Shown here: positions 24,036 to 34,056 of the stretch, piece by piece | Layout: each line of letters starts with the position of its first letter | Position numbering within the stretch: position 1 is the stretch's first letter | From: a bacterium | Lineage (GTDB): Bacteria; JAMOTN01 | Assembly (NCBI GenBank): GCA_027062325.1 | Contig: JAMOTN010000081.1 | Coordinates: forward strand, 1-52,992 | Direction: 5' to 3' | DNA length: 52,992 nt | Translations under genes and position numbers: made by a program | Notes under the pieces: generated by a model | Told to the model about the DNA's origin: nothing | What the model saw: only the letters and a program-made list of their open reading frames with translations | The model's database searches: none

Positions 24036-26918
24036 TTGATGGAAAAAAACATGGATAAAGATGGGGAAGTGTTAAAAGCTGAGGTTAAAAGGATTATAAA
24101 AGAATATAACTTCTTAAAATCAGAGCGAATTTTAGACAAGTTTTTGAAAGCAATCTTGTTGTTTTATCCTCTGTTTGTGGTTTTAGGTGGGATTTTGAGT
24201 TTGTATTTTGAAATAGAATGGTTGATTTATTTTTTCATGATAGCTGGAGTGTTTATATGGGGGTATGCTGCTAAAACGGCTAAATTGGAAAGTGACCTTG
24301 CCTCTTATCTGGAGCTTTTAGAAAGGATAGAGGAATTTGATAAGTCTTGGAGAGAGAAGATAGTTATCTATTCTAAAAAGAGACAATCAGAATTTAGAGG
24401 TTTTTTAAAAAGTAGGTGGAAATGCTATGCGATTTGCTTTATTATTGCTGCTTCGCTTCTTTTATTTCCCTACGAGAGGTTAATCTCTGATCATAAGTTT
24501 ATAGTTAGAAAGTTGCCTAAAGGTTTTGAAGTTATTTGGAAAGATGGAGTTGTAAAGGTTAACTCTGTTTTGCAGAAGGAAAAAGGCAAGGTGTTGAATG
24601 AGGGGAGAGAGTTTTTTAGCTGGGGTAGAGAAAATGAAGTGGCCATGATTGAGTATAGGCATCAAGCTTTGTTTGGTGATGTATGTTACAAGAGGTTAAT
24701 AAAGCGTTTTGAACCGCCTAGAGTTTTGAACTTTATGGTTATGGTTAAGGGACCGAGTTATCTTAAGATGGAAAAGTCTAGGGAAAGGATATTTAAAAAT
24801 TATTCAGTATCTGCTTTGAAAGGGGCAACTGTTGAGATAAAAGTTGTGTATTCAAGTGTTCCCAAAAGAGTAATTTTACTTTCTGGAGATGGTAAAGGTG
24901 CAGGAAGTGCTAATTTTTATGTTAGTTTAACTCCTACTTCGCGTGAAGTGAAAATAAGTTTTGGGACGCGAAAGTTTGCTATTGGAGAGCATGCTTTTTA
25001 TTTAAAAGCGTTGTTTGATTGGGGAGGTACTTTTGAGGTTAAAAAGGTAGTTAGATTGAAGGTGCTTGAGGATAAGGCGCCTCAAATATTGGTACGTAGA
25101 GCAGTTTGGGATAGTGGAAATTTGTTCATTGAGGGAGAGGCGTTGGACGATTATGGAGTTGATAGGGTGCTGTTGAAGTTGGGAAGAGGTAAAGTAATTG
25201 AATTGTTTGAAGGGGAAAGAGCTTCCAGAGTGGTTGAGGTGAAGGGGACTTGGGAATGCTCGCTTTTTACCATTCCAGTGTTGGAGGTAGCTGATTTGGC
25301 TTCTAACGTTTCCTCGTTGGAAATTAGAATTGTTTATAAGTTATCTAACATCTCCGATGTGAAAAGTGCCTTGGAGAAGTTCAGAAGGGAACTAGAAAGG
25401 GAAGAAATGAGGACACTTCAGGAAAGTTACAACTTGAGTAGTTCTAAAAAAATGGATATAAGGGAAATGCTTAAGAGATTGGAGAAGTTGAAAAGACAAA
25501 GAGAGTTGCTTTTAAAAAAGATGAAGTATGCTCAAAAGGAACTTGAAAAGTACAAGAATTTCATGGAATATGCCAGAGTTCTGAAAAAAATAAAAGAGAG
25601 CTACAAACAACTCTTTTCCAGTGAAGAGATAAACATGCTTGAGAAGATGTTGAGACAGGCTATGAATTCAAAAGTTAATGCGGGTTACTTGAAATGGCAC
25701 GTTCATCAGAAGTTTAAAGAGTATGTTCAGGCTTTAAAAAATTACCAAAAGTTGCTTGAAAAGTTAGCTAAAATGGAGAGACTTACTAAAATGAGTGAAT
25801 TTCTTAAAAAAGCTGTGGAGAAACATGCTCCACTTAGAGATAAAAAGGCTGAAGAAAGTGCAGAAGAGTTAGCCAAAAAAATGCGGGAAATTTTTAGAAA
25901 CTTAGGTGATTCCGAATTGGAGAAGAGATTGAAATCTGCATTAAATAATCTCAGGTTAGAATCGGAGAACTATTCTTCAAATAGACATAGGAATTCTTTG
26001 AGGGCTTTAAATAATCTTAGGTCGGCCCTTGAAAATAAACTTAAAGATATGAAGGGGATGAAAAATGTATATCAGGCTTGTCATGCTGGATTGGTAGTTA
26101 TGTTTCTTACAGAAGGTATGGCAGGTTCACTTGGTTATGCTGAGAATATTTTTAGAAAAAGTCATTTGTTCAGAAAAAATTACAACTCTGCTATTAAGCA
26201 GAAGATTCCATATTTTGATTTTGTTGTCAGAAATTACTATGATTTGTTTGTATTTGCTCGAATTTTCCTTGAAAAGTTAAAAGTTGTGATGGATTCTAAT
26301 CCAATGATGGCGTTAAGACTTGGGAAATTGCCGTTGGAATTTGAGGTTTGTACTGGGCAACTTTATTCTAGTTGTCAAAATGGGAATTTGGAGTTTTCGC
26401 GTTACCTATCATGGAGATTACATGAATATGCTAAAAATATAATTTACATTTTAATTTCTTTGATGAATAGTAGTCCTTCAAAAATGATGATGCAAATGTT
26501 GATGCAACTTTTGAAGCAGCAGCAACAGATAAGTAAAGCTTTAAGCATGCCGCTTCCAGTCCCTGTTAGAATGCAGTTGAGTGAGAAGCAGCAGATGATT
26601 GCTCAACAATTGCAAAAGTTATCCTCTTTGCTTGAATGGTACAAGCAACTTCAAAAACAGCTTCAGGAGATAGAGTCTCAGATGCAGATGTTATCCCAAA
26701 TGTTAAGGCAAGGAAATCCGAATCGTAAGTTGGCAAAAGCAATTGTGCAGCGCCTTATGAAATCTATCAAGGCTTTGGAGGAAAAAAAGAGTGCTAAGAG
26801 AAAAGCTGTTGTTTACAAAGGTAAGGAGCCGTTGAGAAAAGAAAGAGGTTTTGGAGAGGAGGCTGTAAATTTGAAAAAAGCTCCAGCTGAGATAATGGAA
26901 TTGTGGAATAGTTTTTGA
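24036..26918 (+). CDS. DUF4175-like membrane protein with long coiled-coil C-terminus
   Basis: Three N-terminal TM segments, EDKAPQI...ALDDYGV motif, and Q/M/K/E-rich heptads. Confidence 0.6.
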   Translation: MMEKNMDKDGEVLKAEVKRIIKEYNFLKSERILDKFLKAILLFYPLFVVLGGILSLYFEIEWLIYFFMIAGVFIWGYAAKTAKLESDLASYLELLERIEEFDKSWREKIVIYSKKRQSEFRGFLKSRWKCYAICFIIAASLLLFPYERLISDHKFIVRKLPKGFEVIWKDGVVKVNSVLQKEKGKVLNEGREFFSWGRENEVAMIEYRHQALFGDVCYKRLIKRFEPPRVLNFMVMVKGPSYLKMEKSRERIFKNYSVSALKGATVEIKVVYSSVPKRVILLSGDGKGAGSANFYVSLTPTSREVKISFGTRKFAIGEHAFYLKALFDWGGTFEVKKVVRLKVLEDKAPQILVRRAVWDSGNLFIEGEALDDYGVDRVLLKLGRGKVIELFEGERASRVVEVKGTWECSLFTIPVLEVADLASNVSSLEIRIVYKLSNISDVKSALEKFRRELEREEMRTLQESYNLSSSKKMDIREMLKRLEKLKRQRELLLKKMKYAQKELEKYKNFMEYARVLKKIKESYKQLFSSEEINMLEKMLRQAMNSKVNAGYLKWHVHQKFKEYVQALKNYQKLLEKLAKMERLTKMSEFLKKAVEKHAPLRDKKAEESAEELAKKMREIFRNLGDSELEKRLKSALNNLRLESENYSSNRHRNSLRALNNLRSALENKLKDMKGMKNVYQACHAGLVVMFLTEGMAGSLGYAENIFRKSHLFRKNYNSAIKQKIPYFDFVVRNYYDLFVFARIFLEKLKVVMDSNPMMALRLGKLPLEFEVCTGQLYSSCQNGNLEFSRYLSWRLHEYAKNIIYILISLMNSSPSKMMMQMLMQLLKQQQQISKALSMPLPVPVRMQLSEKQQMIAQQLQKLSSLLEWYKQLQKQLQEIESQMQMLSQMLRQGNPNRKLAKAIVQRLMKSIKALEEKKSAKRKAVVYKGKEPLRKERGFGEEAVNLKKAPAEIMELWNSF

Positions 26919-26919
26919 T

Positions 26920-27687
26920 TTATAGTTTTTTCTTCAATAAGAATTCCACATCCTCTTCTGTAAGTGAGAAACCGAACGTGTATTCACCTATATTAAAAAG
27001 AGTTTTGATACTTTTATCGAGCGATGTTATCTCAAGGAGGGAGTTTTTTATTGGAATTTTCACGGAAAATAATGGATACCATGTATCATCTTCGTCACGT
27101 CCTACCCCTGTAGTGAAGTTAATGGTTCTATAAACTCCATTCAATCCAACTCTGAATGCAAATGGTAACTTATAGCTTGAAGATGCTGTTGCAACGTTCA
27201 TGAGTTTGAATAGAAGTTTGGAGTACTCTTTAAAGTTTAATTCTAGATCTATGTCTACTCCTCCTATTACAGTATTGTCGTTTTTTTCAGCGAATAGTGA
27301 TGGAATTACCGTTAGATTTCGCCAATTTATTATTTGATGATATGCGGTGTATATTGATACTATGCTTTTTTCTTCAGCAATGTTATCTTCCATAACTATT
27401 GCGTCTATGGGTGTGAGAGTGAATTCTATAAATGATGAATTTGATGCCTCTTGTGTCTTTATTAAATTGAAATTTACTGGTGTTGAGAAGAATAAGTTTT
27501 GAATATCAGTAGTGACTGCAACTCCCATACTTTTATCCCGTTCTACAGAAAAGGTAGGTGAATTTACCAAGAGTTTAGTGAAGCTTGAGGTTGAGGTGGC
27601 CACAAATGTGAATAACAAAAGAGGGATGATGATTAAGCGAGGGTTTGTAAGTATGCGATGTTTAATTGTAATTTTATTACCTTGCAT
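26920..27687 (-). CDS. Exported beta-rich protein, possible degenerate PorV-like outer-membrane barrel
   Basis: Signal-like N-terminus and alternating beta strands. GGVDIDL...KLMNVA...KLPFAFRVGL resembles the PorV-family D.G...N.G...LP...R.G segment. GGAGG SD. Confidence 0.5.
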   Translation of the reverse strand: MQGNKITIKHRILTNPRLIIIPLLLFTFVATSTSSFTKLLVNSPTFSVERDKSMGVAVTTDIQNLFFSTPVNFNLIKTQEASNSSFIEFTLTPIDAIVMEDNIAEEKSIVSIYTAYHQIINWRNLTVIPSLFAEKNDNTVIGGVDIDLELNFKEYSKLLFKLMNVATASSSYKLPFAFRVGLNGVYRTINFTTGVGRDEDDTWYPLFSVKIPIKNSLLEITSLDKSIKTLFNIGEYTFGFSLTEEDVEFLLKKKL

Positions 27688-27745
27688 ATCTTTGCCTCCC
27701 TGTTAAGTTGTGGGTTGAAAAGTTGAGGATTTTAACTATTTTGAA

Positions 27746-29386
27746 CTACTTTACTATTAACCATCTTTTGAGTTTGCCGTTATTTGTTTCAACAATTATT
27801 CTGTATCTGCCGGGACGAATTGTGGGCATAGGTAGGGCGCATACGCCGGCTGCCCCTAAATTTTTAGCTACAGTTTCTCCTCTAAGGTTGAGAATCTTTA
27901 TCGTAGCGGTGGTTTGAGTACCGTAATCAATAAATAGAGTTTTACCAAACAGTCTTGCACTGATTTTAGAAGGGGCTTGAGTATTGTTTTGTACTACTTT
28001 CTTGAAAGATATACTGATATTTGGATAATTAACGTATACCCATGAATTTGCTTCGTTGTAGTAGGAGAATGTGGAAGGCGAAGTTTTGGGAGTTATGGAA
28101 AAATTATCAGTAAATAAATCTTTAGCGTCTCCACGGTTGACGTATATTGCAAATGGAAGATCTAGATCATCTATCCCTCCGGTTGTGTCAGCGCACACCA
28201 CATCTACCAGTTTGTGTTTCCAGCTTGCATTTACTATATTCATGTAAAAACTTTCATCTTCTCCATTTAAGGTGCCATCGTGGTTAGAGTCGAAGAACTC
28301 CTCATCAATATGCCATACTAGGAATCCTTTTAAATTAAAGCCATTTGTATTGATGGAGGTTGCTATGGTGTTTGAGCTCCAATTTGAATCTTTTTCTATA
28401 AATACTGTTATCTCTCCTGTGTATGAGTTGGGTTGCCAGTATGAGATCATAAAATACTCTGCTAATTTGTTGCTGTCTATCTTTTCAATATCACTTTCTT
28501 TGGCTGGAAATTCGAGAATGTCTTCTCGCCCAAAGGAGATAGTTGTTTCAGATATAAGTTTAACAGGAGTTATAAAACCTAAATATTTTTTGCTCCATGG
28601 TGATGGTTCTGCTGGAGCTTGGCCATTTTGAAGCCAGTTACCTGTTCCCATTAATCCCCAATTTCCAATGCCACTTGTCTTTGCGGCTGATGTATCGTAG
28701 AGATCGACTAAACCAAAACTGTGTCCTATTTCATGAACTGCAACACCAAACGGGGAAGCTCCTTCTTCTTGAGCAGGTACTACAGCCACCCCACCGTAGG
28801 GGAAGCTGTTGTTTGGAGTGGTATTGATAAACTGACTCCATGGTCCACTTCCCCCACTCTCCGCTCCGCTCAATGCATGCCAAAGAACGAGTATATCAGC
28901 TGTTTTGTAAAGAGGTGAGTTTATGACCAGGCTTTTAGCTACTGCTTTTGGATTTGAAACTAGAAGATCTTTATCTACTAAATGTGGGGTTGATATGTAA
29001 GCTGTTATTTGCATCTTCCCATTGCTCATTCTACTCCAAAAGAGCGCTACTTTTGCAGCAAAATTTAGAGTTTCTGATTCAGATAGGGGCCAATCTGGTT
29101 GGTCTTGAGTTACAGCTCTTAGAAATAGGATTTTGATTTCTCCAATTGGAGATACTGGGTGGTCTATTCTTGAGGTAAAAGCGCCGACGCTCTTTAAGGC
29201 ATTTGACAGATCGGAAATGGATTTTGTTCCAAGTAACCGTTCTAGAGTAAGCTTAAGTTTTTCTTCAGTCAAATTTGGGGATGGTGAAGTAGCTACGGAT
29301 GTGAAATAAATAGTTAAAAGTAATGCGATTAAAATTTTTATCTTGAAAAACCTAATTCTTTTCACTCTCCTCTCCTCCTTTGACAA
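27746..29386 (-). CDS. Secreted M6 (immune inhibitor A)-family metalloprotease with T9SS-CTD-like C-terminus
   Basis: Motifs GVAVHEIGHSFGLVDLYD, GIGNWGLMGTGNW, SPWSKKYLG, EYF and GFLVWHID. C-terminus reads IKILNLRGETV...PGRYRIIV...WLIVK. Start is uncertain. Confidence 0.85.
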   Translation of the reverse strand: MSKEERRVKRIRFFKIKILIALLLTIYFTSVATSPSPNLTEEKLKLTLERLLGTKSISDLSNALKSVGAFTSRIDHPVSPIGEIKILFLRAVTQDQPDWPLSESETLNFAAKVALFWSRMSNGKMQITAYISTPHLVDKDLLVSNPKAVAKSLVINSPLYKTADILVLWHALSGAESGGSGPWSQFINTTPNNSFPYGGVAVVPAQEEGASPFGVAVHEIGHSFGLVDLYDTSAAKTSGIGNWGLMGTGNWLQNGQAPAEPSPWSKKYLGFITPVKLISETTISFGREDILEFPAKESDIEKIDSNKLAEYFMISYWQPNSYTGEITVFIEKDSNWSSNTIATSINTNGFNLKGFLVWHIDEEFFDSNHDGTLNGEDESFYMNIVNASWKHKLVDVVCADTTGGIDDLDLPFAIYVNRGDAKDLFTDNFSITPKTSPSTFSYYNEANSWVYVNYPNISISFKKVVQNNTQAPSKISARLFGKTLFIDYGTQTTATIKILNLRGETVAKNLGAAGVCALPMPTIRPGRYRIIVETNNGKLKRWLIVK

Positions 29387-29436
29387 ATTTTTTTCGGTAT
29401 AGTTTTATTAAATTTGTATAGTTGGAGGTATTGCTG

Positions 29437-30465
29437 ATGCTGAGTGAAGTGGGAATTTTCAACTTGTATTTAAAGTTTTTACCGTTATATGTTCTTCTCT
29501 CAATTGGAGTGATATATTCTGCTATTAAAGTGAATGCAAACAAATTGAGATCTAGCTTTTCTAAAAGCCAAAGAGAAGTTTCTATTTTGTCCGAAGCTAT
29601 TATGAAAGTGACTGTAGAGCTATTTCTACCCTTTTTGATATTTGAAAAAACTTACCGAATGTTTTCACTATCTGAACTAAAGTGGCTTATGATTTGCTGC
29701 TTTGCCTATGTTTTAACAATGTTTATTGCAGCTTTTGTAAACTTTTTCTTAAGTAGGATTGGCTACGGTGGTAGATATTTGTGGTTCCTCATGGTTTTTA
29801 ATAACGTGACGTATGCGGGTATACCTGTTTTGGATTCTTTGATGGGAGAGAGAGCAGTTTTTTTGGCTATTTTGTTGGGAGTTGTACATCGCTTTTTCCA
29901 GTTAAGCGTTGGAATAGCTGTTCTTAAATTGAGAGAGAAATCTTCAAAAGATAAACTTTTAAAGATTTTAAAAGCAGCATTTTTAAATCCCTTATTCTTA
30001 TCTTTTGTACTAGCAGTTATTTTAAATGTTACTTCTTTAAAACTCCCCCAAAAATTTATGGGTACCATATCTCGAATTGGAGATGTGGCACCAACTTTGA
30101 TGATAGTGTTTCTAGGAATGAGAATAGGAGAAATTTTGTTTGCAGGTTGGTTTAAAAATTTTAAGAAAGTATTTTTAGATTTGGTTGTAAGGTTGGTTAG
30201 TGGTTTTTTGATTCCTACAATTGTAGTGATAGTATTGTTTAAGATCTTTGCTATTTCTATGTTGGAGTTTAAGACTTTATTTCTCCTCATGTCTATGCCT
30301 CCTGCTGTATTTTCTTATGTGTTGATAGAAAAGTACTTAAAACTCGAAGCTAATAAAGCTTTAATGCTTGTATTTGGCGTGACTTTATTGGATTTTCTAG
30401 TGTTTATACCAATAAGGATTGCTTTTCTGAGTTTTTTGGCTAATTGGTTGAACACTGCTGTCTAA
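29437..30465 (+). CDS. AEC-family (auxin efflux carrier-like) transporter
   Basis: About 10 TM segments with LPFLIF, FNNVTYAGIPVL, NPLF and MPPAV. GGAGG SD before ATG 29437. Confidence 0.85.
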   Translation: MLSEVGIFNLYLKFLPLYVLLSIGVIYSAIKVNANKLRSSFSKSQREVSILSEAIMKVTVELFLPFLIFEKTYRMFSLSELKWLMICCFAYVLTMFIAAFVNFFLSRIGYGGRYLWFLMVFNNVTYAGIPVLDSLMGERAVFLAILLGVVHRFFQLSVGIAVLKLREKSSKDKLLKILKAAFLNPLFLSFVLAVILNVTSLKLPQKFMGTISRIGDVAPTLMIVFLGMRIGEILFAGWFKNFKKVFLDLVVRLVSGFLIPTIVVIVLFKIFAISMLEFKTLFLLMSMPPAVFSYVLIEKYLKLEANKALMLVFGVTLLDFLVFIPIRIAFLSFLANWLNTAV

Positions 30466-30925
30466 GAAGAAAAAGTTTTTCAGTTTGTGGAGTTTATAAT
30501 GGGTTAGTCCTCTTATACACCCAACCTCTTCCCAAGAGCTAAATTTTCCTATTCTTTTTCTTACAGATACAATCTTTTTTGCAAATTTAGTTCCAATGAC
30601 CCATTTGAGTTCTTGGAAAGAGGCCTTATTTAAGTTTAATTTTTCAGGAATTAAGTTTAGCAATCTAAAAATTTTTCTAACTTTAGAAAATGAAATTTTT
30701 CCCAATTTTGCATAAGCTGGTAAAAATCTTATACCTTTCTTGTAAAGAGAGCATATTACTCTTGCTTGCTGTAAGGAAAGATCTTACTGATACAACACAA
30801 GAATCCTTGATATAAGGATTTTTTCTGTGTGTATTAGCTTCATTTTTAAAAAAGTGTGTTAGGAGTAAAATAGTCACAAATGTTATTAGAATAGAGTTGA
30901 AGTGGGGCGGATATCTATTCAGCAT
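30397..30925 (-). pseudogene. ComEA-like helix-hairpin-helix protein split by a frameshift
   Basis: ORF 30683-30925 has the AAGGAGG SD and a TM anchor. The +1 frame, open from 30783 to 30397, carries LNLNKASFQELKWVIGTKFAKKIV..R...GKFSSWEEV..IRGL. Confidence 0.6.
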
Positions 30926-30996
30926 ATTCTGTACCTCCTTGCTCTAGTTTTAAAACTTTTGTTTTTTAACTATTTGTTAAGCAAAAAGTATACCAC

Positions 30997-31025
30997 TTGA
31001 AAATCTGCTTAACTCGTGCTAAATT
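30997..31025 (+). promoter_or_regulatory. Sigma-70 promoter of the rpmE operon
   Basis: TTGAAA-N17-TAAATT with extended -10 TG. Confidence 0.6.
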
Positions 31026-31058
31026 CTAATTGCAAGCGTTTCAAAGGGGGGATATGGA

Positions 31059-31277
31059 ATGAAAAAGGGAATTCATCCAGAATATGTGGAGTGCACAGTA
31101 ATATGCGCTTGTGGTAACACTTTTAAAACTCGTGCAACGAAACCGGAGATAAAGGTTGAGATTTGTTCAGCTTGCCATCCTTTCTTCACAGGAAAACAGA
31201 AATTTGTTGATACCACTGGAAGAATAGAAAAGTTCAAACAGAAGTATGGAGACAGTTATCTAAAATCGAAGAATTAA
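31059..31277 (+). CDS. rpmE: 50S ribosomal protein L31, zinc-binding type
   Basis: Motifs [23 protein letters not shown] and GRIEKF. Confidence 0.98.
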   Translation: MKKGIHPEYVECTVICACGNTFKTRATKPEIKVEICSACHPFFTGKQKFVDTTGRIEKFKQKYGDSYLKSKN

Positions 31278-31293
31278 GTGTTATTAGAGGTTG

Positions 31294-32148
31294 ATGGGAT
31301 TGCTTAGTCAAACAGGAGCTGCAAGCCTTGAAGTAGAGGGAAAGGAGTTTAGGCTTGAAATTGAAGTAAAAAGTGTGAACGGGAAGGGGCTTCAACTAAG
31401 TTGCTCCTTCCCTTATTTTTTGGAAAAATTAGAGCCTCAGGTTCATAGGATTGCTTCTGATATTTTAAAGCGTGGAAGCGTGAGGTTGAGAGTCAGAGTT
31501 GAATTTTTTGATGATGTAACTCCTTTGGATGAATTACCAGATCAAGCAATTGCTAAGTTGAAAAAGTTTTTAGAGCAATCTAAGGAGTTGGGATTCAAAG
31601 AAGTAGGAATTATAGAGGCTATAAAGTTTTTAAAGCTAAATAGAGTTGAGAGGGAGAATCCAGAGTTAGAAAAAGCGTTTCTTGAGGCTGTAAAAAAAGC
31701 TTTTGAATTGCTCCAAGAGGAGAGAGCAGCAGAGGGTGAGAGACTTAAAAAGTGGTTTTTAAAAACATTAGTGGATATAAATCAGAAGATTAACTGGTTA
31801 TCTTCTGTTAAAGATGCAATTTTTGAGAGAAATGTTAAGTTGTTAAAAGAAGCTTTGGGAAAAGCAATTGATTCATCTGTGGATGACAAACACGTTTTAG
31901 CTTTACTCCATAAAGCGGTTTACACCGAAGAGATAGAGCGGTTGCAAGTTCACCTTTCGCGAATAGAGCAGATTATAAATTCAGATGAGGATAAAAAAGG
32001 TTATAAACTTGACTTTTTACTCCAAGAGTGTTTGAGGGAACTAAATACGCTGGCATCAAAGGCTCAAGATGCAGATGTGTCAGATGTGGTTAGTGATGTT
32101 AAGGTTAAGATTGTTGAGATGAGAGAGCAGGTTGCAAACGTATTGTGA
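31294..32148 (+). CDS. yicC: YicC/YloC-family endoribonuclease
   Basis: Motifs SQTG, EVKSVN, RG.V, EEIERL..H, KLDFLLQE..RELNTLASK and MREQVANV. Confidence 0.9.
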   Translation: MGLLSQTGAASLEVEGKEFRLEIEVKSVNGKGLQLSCSFPYFLEKLEPQVHRIASDILKRGSVRLRVRVEFFDDVTPLDELPDQAIAKLKKFLEQSKELGFKEVGIIEAIKFLKLNRVERENPELEKAFLEAVKKAFELLQEERAAEGERLKKWFLKTLVDINQKINWLSSVKDAIFERNVKLLKEALGKAIDSSVDDKHVLALLHKAVYTEEIERLQVHLSRIEQIINSDEDKKGYKLDFLLQECLRELNTLASKAQDADVSDVVSDVKVKIVEMREQVANVL

Positions 32149-32172
32149 AGCTGAATTGTAGGGTTTTGGGCT

Positions 32173-32649
32173 ATGCTAATTTTGGGATTTGATGTATCTA
32201 AGAAAAAATTGGGAGTTGCTAAGTGGAGTTCGGAGATAAACGTTCTGCTTCCAATTAAGGTTATACAGTGTGGCTCTTTTGAAAGAGTAGTTGTAGAGAT
32301 GAAAAAGGTAATACAATCCTATTCTCCAGATATTGTTGTGATTGGGTTACCAAGGCATGCAGATGGCAAGTTGACAGATAATGGAAGGTTTGTGAAGAAA
32401 GTAGTAGAAGAGTTGAGAAAGGAGATTGGGGAGGTAAATTTTGAGTTTGTTAATGAAAGATACACTTCTAAGCTTGCTCAAGGTTTAATTGAGATCTTCG
32501 ATTCAAAGTACAGACGAGTGGGGGATAGATCTACTAAGAAGGGGAAAAAAGAGCTCAAAAGGCGGAAGGGAAAGGGAAATATAGAAGAAGATAGTGTGGC
32601 TGCTTGTTTGATTTTAGAGCGTTATCTGCGAGAAAATGGCTATTTGTAA
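32173..32649 (+). CDS. ruvX: YqgF/RuvX pre-16S rRNA nuclease
   Basis: Motifs ILGFDVSKKKLGVA, VVIGLP, NERYTS and DSVAACLILERYL. Confidence 0.9.
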   Translation: MLILGFDVSKKKLGVAKWSSEINVLLPIKVIQCGSFERVVVEMKKVIQSYSPDIVVIGLPRHADGKLTDNGRFVKKVVEELRKEIGEVNFEFVNERYTSKLAQGLIEIFDSKYRRVGDRSTKKGKKELKRRKGKGNIEEDSVAACLILERYLRENGYL

Positions 32650-32728
32650 TAGTGTGAAATAATACAAAAAGGTATTTAAAAAGATACATTTAAGTTTTCT
32701 GTTATTAAAATGTAAATTGGTGATGAGT

Positions 32729-34027
32729 ATGAAGAGGGTAGTAGGTAGTTTGATTGTGTTATTGGCTTTATTAGTTGTTAACTCAGTATATGCTAGGATT
32801 ATATTTCTGTTCTACGTTGCAGGTGATAATGATTTAGCTGGAGCTGCTCAAGGGGATTGGGAAGAGTTGAAAAGTGGTTATGAGAGTTTTGTGTCTTCTA
32901 CAAGTGTTGTGGTAAAGGCGCTTGTAGATGAGGGATATCATCCTTTTAGGGGTATACTTGATGGGACAAAAGAAGTTGTGGAGGGGATTGATCAGATCAA
33001 TACTGGTGATCCAGACGAATTTTTAAAATTTCTAGAGTGGGGACTTAAGGATGTAAGAGATAGTGATAGGGTTGTTTTAGTTATATGGAATCACGGAACT
33101 GGATGGATTACGGAACCCGGAAATAGAGTTGCTGGAAAAGTGGTTAATTTTAGTGTTTCTTCTATAATAGGGAATAATGGATCAGATGGTGTTGATTCAT
33201 TCAATGCGATACGAGCCATAGCTTATGATTTTTCAAGCCGTGATAGTTTGTCTTTAGAGGAAATCAAGGATGTTTTTAGGAAGATTAGGAAAAAGTATGG
33301 TATTAAAATTGATGTGTTTGGAATGGATGCATGTTACATGGGGATGATAGAGGTATTTTACCAGTTTAGAAATTATACAAAATGGCAAGTTGCTTCTGAA
33401 TTGCCTGAACTTTCGGTTGGATGGGATTATTATGAGATAATGGAGAAACTTGGAGAGCTTGTAAGCTTGAAAGGGGATAGGGTTAGACCAAGTGATATTG
33501 CTAAAACTTTTGTAGATGTGCATCTTTCTGATAACAATTTTGAAAATAATTATTACTATAACGATGTGAGCTTGGTAGCTGTAAATTCATCAAAATTGGT
33601 GACTTTTAGAAATAAGTTGGAAGATTTTGCAAAGTTATTATTAGAGAATGTTGATGTAGTGAAGAAAATTGTGGAGGAGTTCAAACACAATAGAGACAAT
33701 CCACTTTACCTTCCAGATAGTGAATTAGCTGTGGATTTGAAAAGATTGTTGGATATCGCAGGTCAAAAGTTTGTGGGCAGGAAAGAGATAGATTCAGTAA
33801 AGGAAGCAATGAAAAAATTGTTTTACGGAGGTTGGAAAGGAACTATATTTAATGGATTCGGCGGTTTGTCAATTACATTGCCTTCTGGAGATTTTGATGA
33901 GGGAGAAGTGCCTTATAAGGAATTGGATTTTGCTAATGTGCAGGGTAAGCTTTCAAGTTGGGCGAAACTTGTGTATTTCTTGAAGGGAGATAAAGGTTTT
34001 ACATTTAGGAACATGTTGGAGGAGTAG
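32729..34027 (+). CDS. Secreted clostripain-family (C11) cysteine peptidase
   Basis: Signal peptide and motifs YVAGDNDL, NTGDP, WNHGTGW (His), MDACYMG (Cys) and ASE. The ORF is open from 32717. Confidence 0.9.
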   Translation: MKRVVGSLIVLLALLVVNSVYARIIFLFYVAGDNDLAGAAQGDWEELKSGYESFVSSTSVVVKALVDEGYHPFRGILDGTKEVVEGIDQINTGDPDEFLKFLEWGLKDVRDSDRVVLVIWNHGTGWITEPGNRVAGKVVNFSVSSIIGNNGSDGVDSFNAIRAIAYDFSSRDSLSLEEIKDVFRKIRKKYGIKIDVFGMDACYMGMIEVFYQFRNYTKWQVASELPELSVGWDYYEIMEKLGELVSLKGDRVRPSDIAKTFVDVHLSDNNFENNYYYNDVSLVAVNSSKLVTFRNKLEDFAKLLLENVDVVKKIVEEFKHNRDNPLYLPDSELAVDLKRLLDIAGQKFVGRKEIDSVKEAMKKLFYGGWKGTIFNGFGGLSITLPSGDFDEGEVPYKELDFANVQGKLSSWAKLVYFLKGDKGFTFRNMLEE

Positions 34028-34056
34028 TTTTTTGAATTTAATGCTCAAGTTAGTAG

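Noticed and set aside
32173-32649. RNase H-fold nuclease as a transposase or defence nuclease
   Set aside because: Motifs and size fit housekeeping YqgF/RuvX, and there are no inverted repeats or cas genes.
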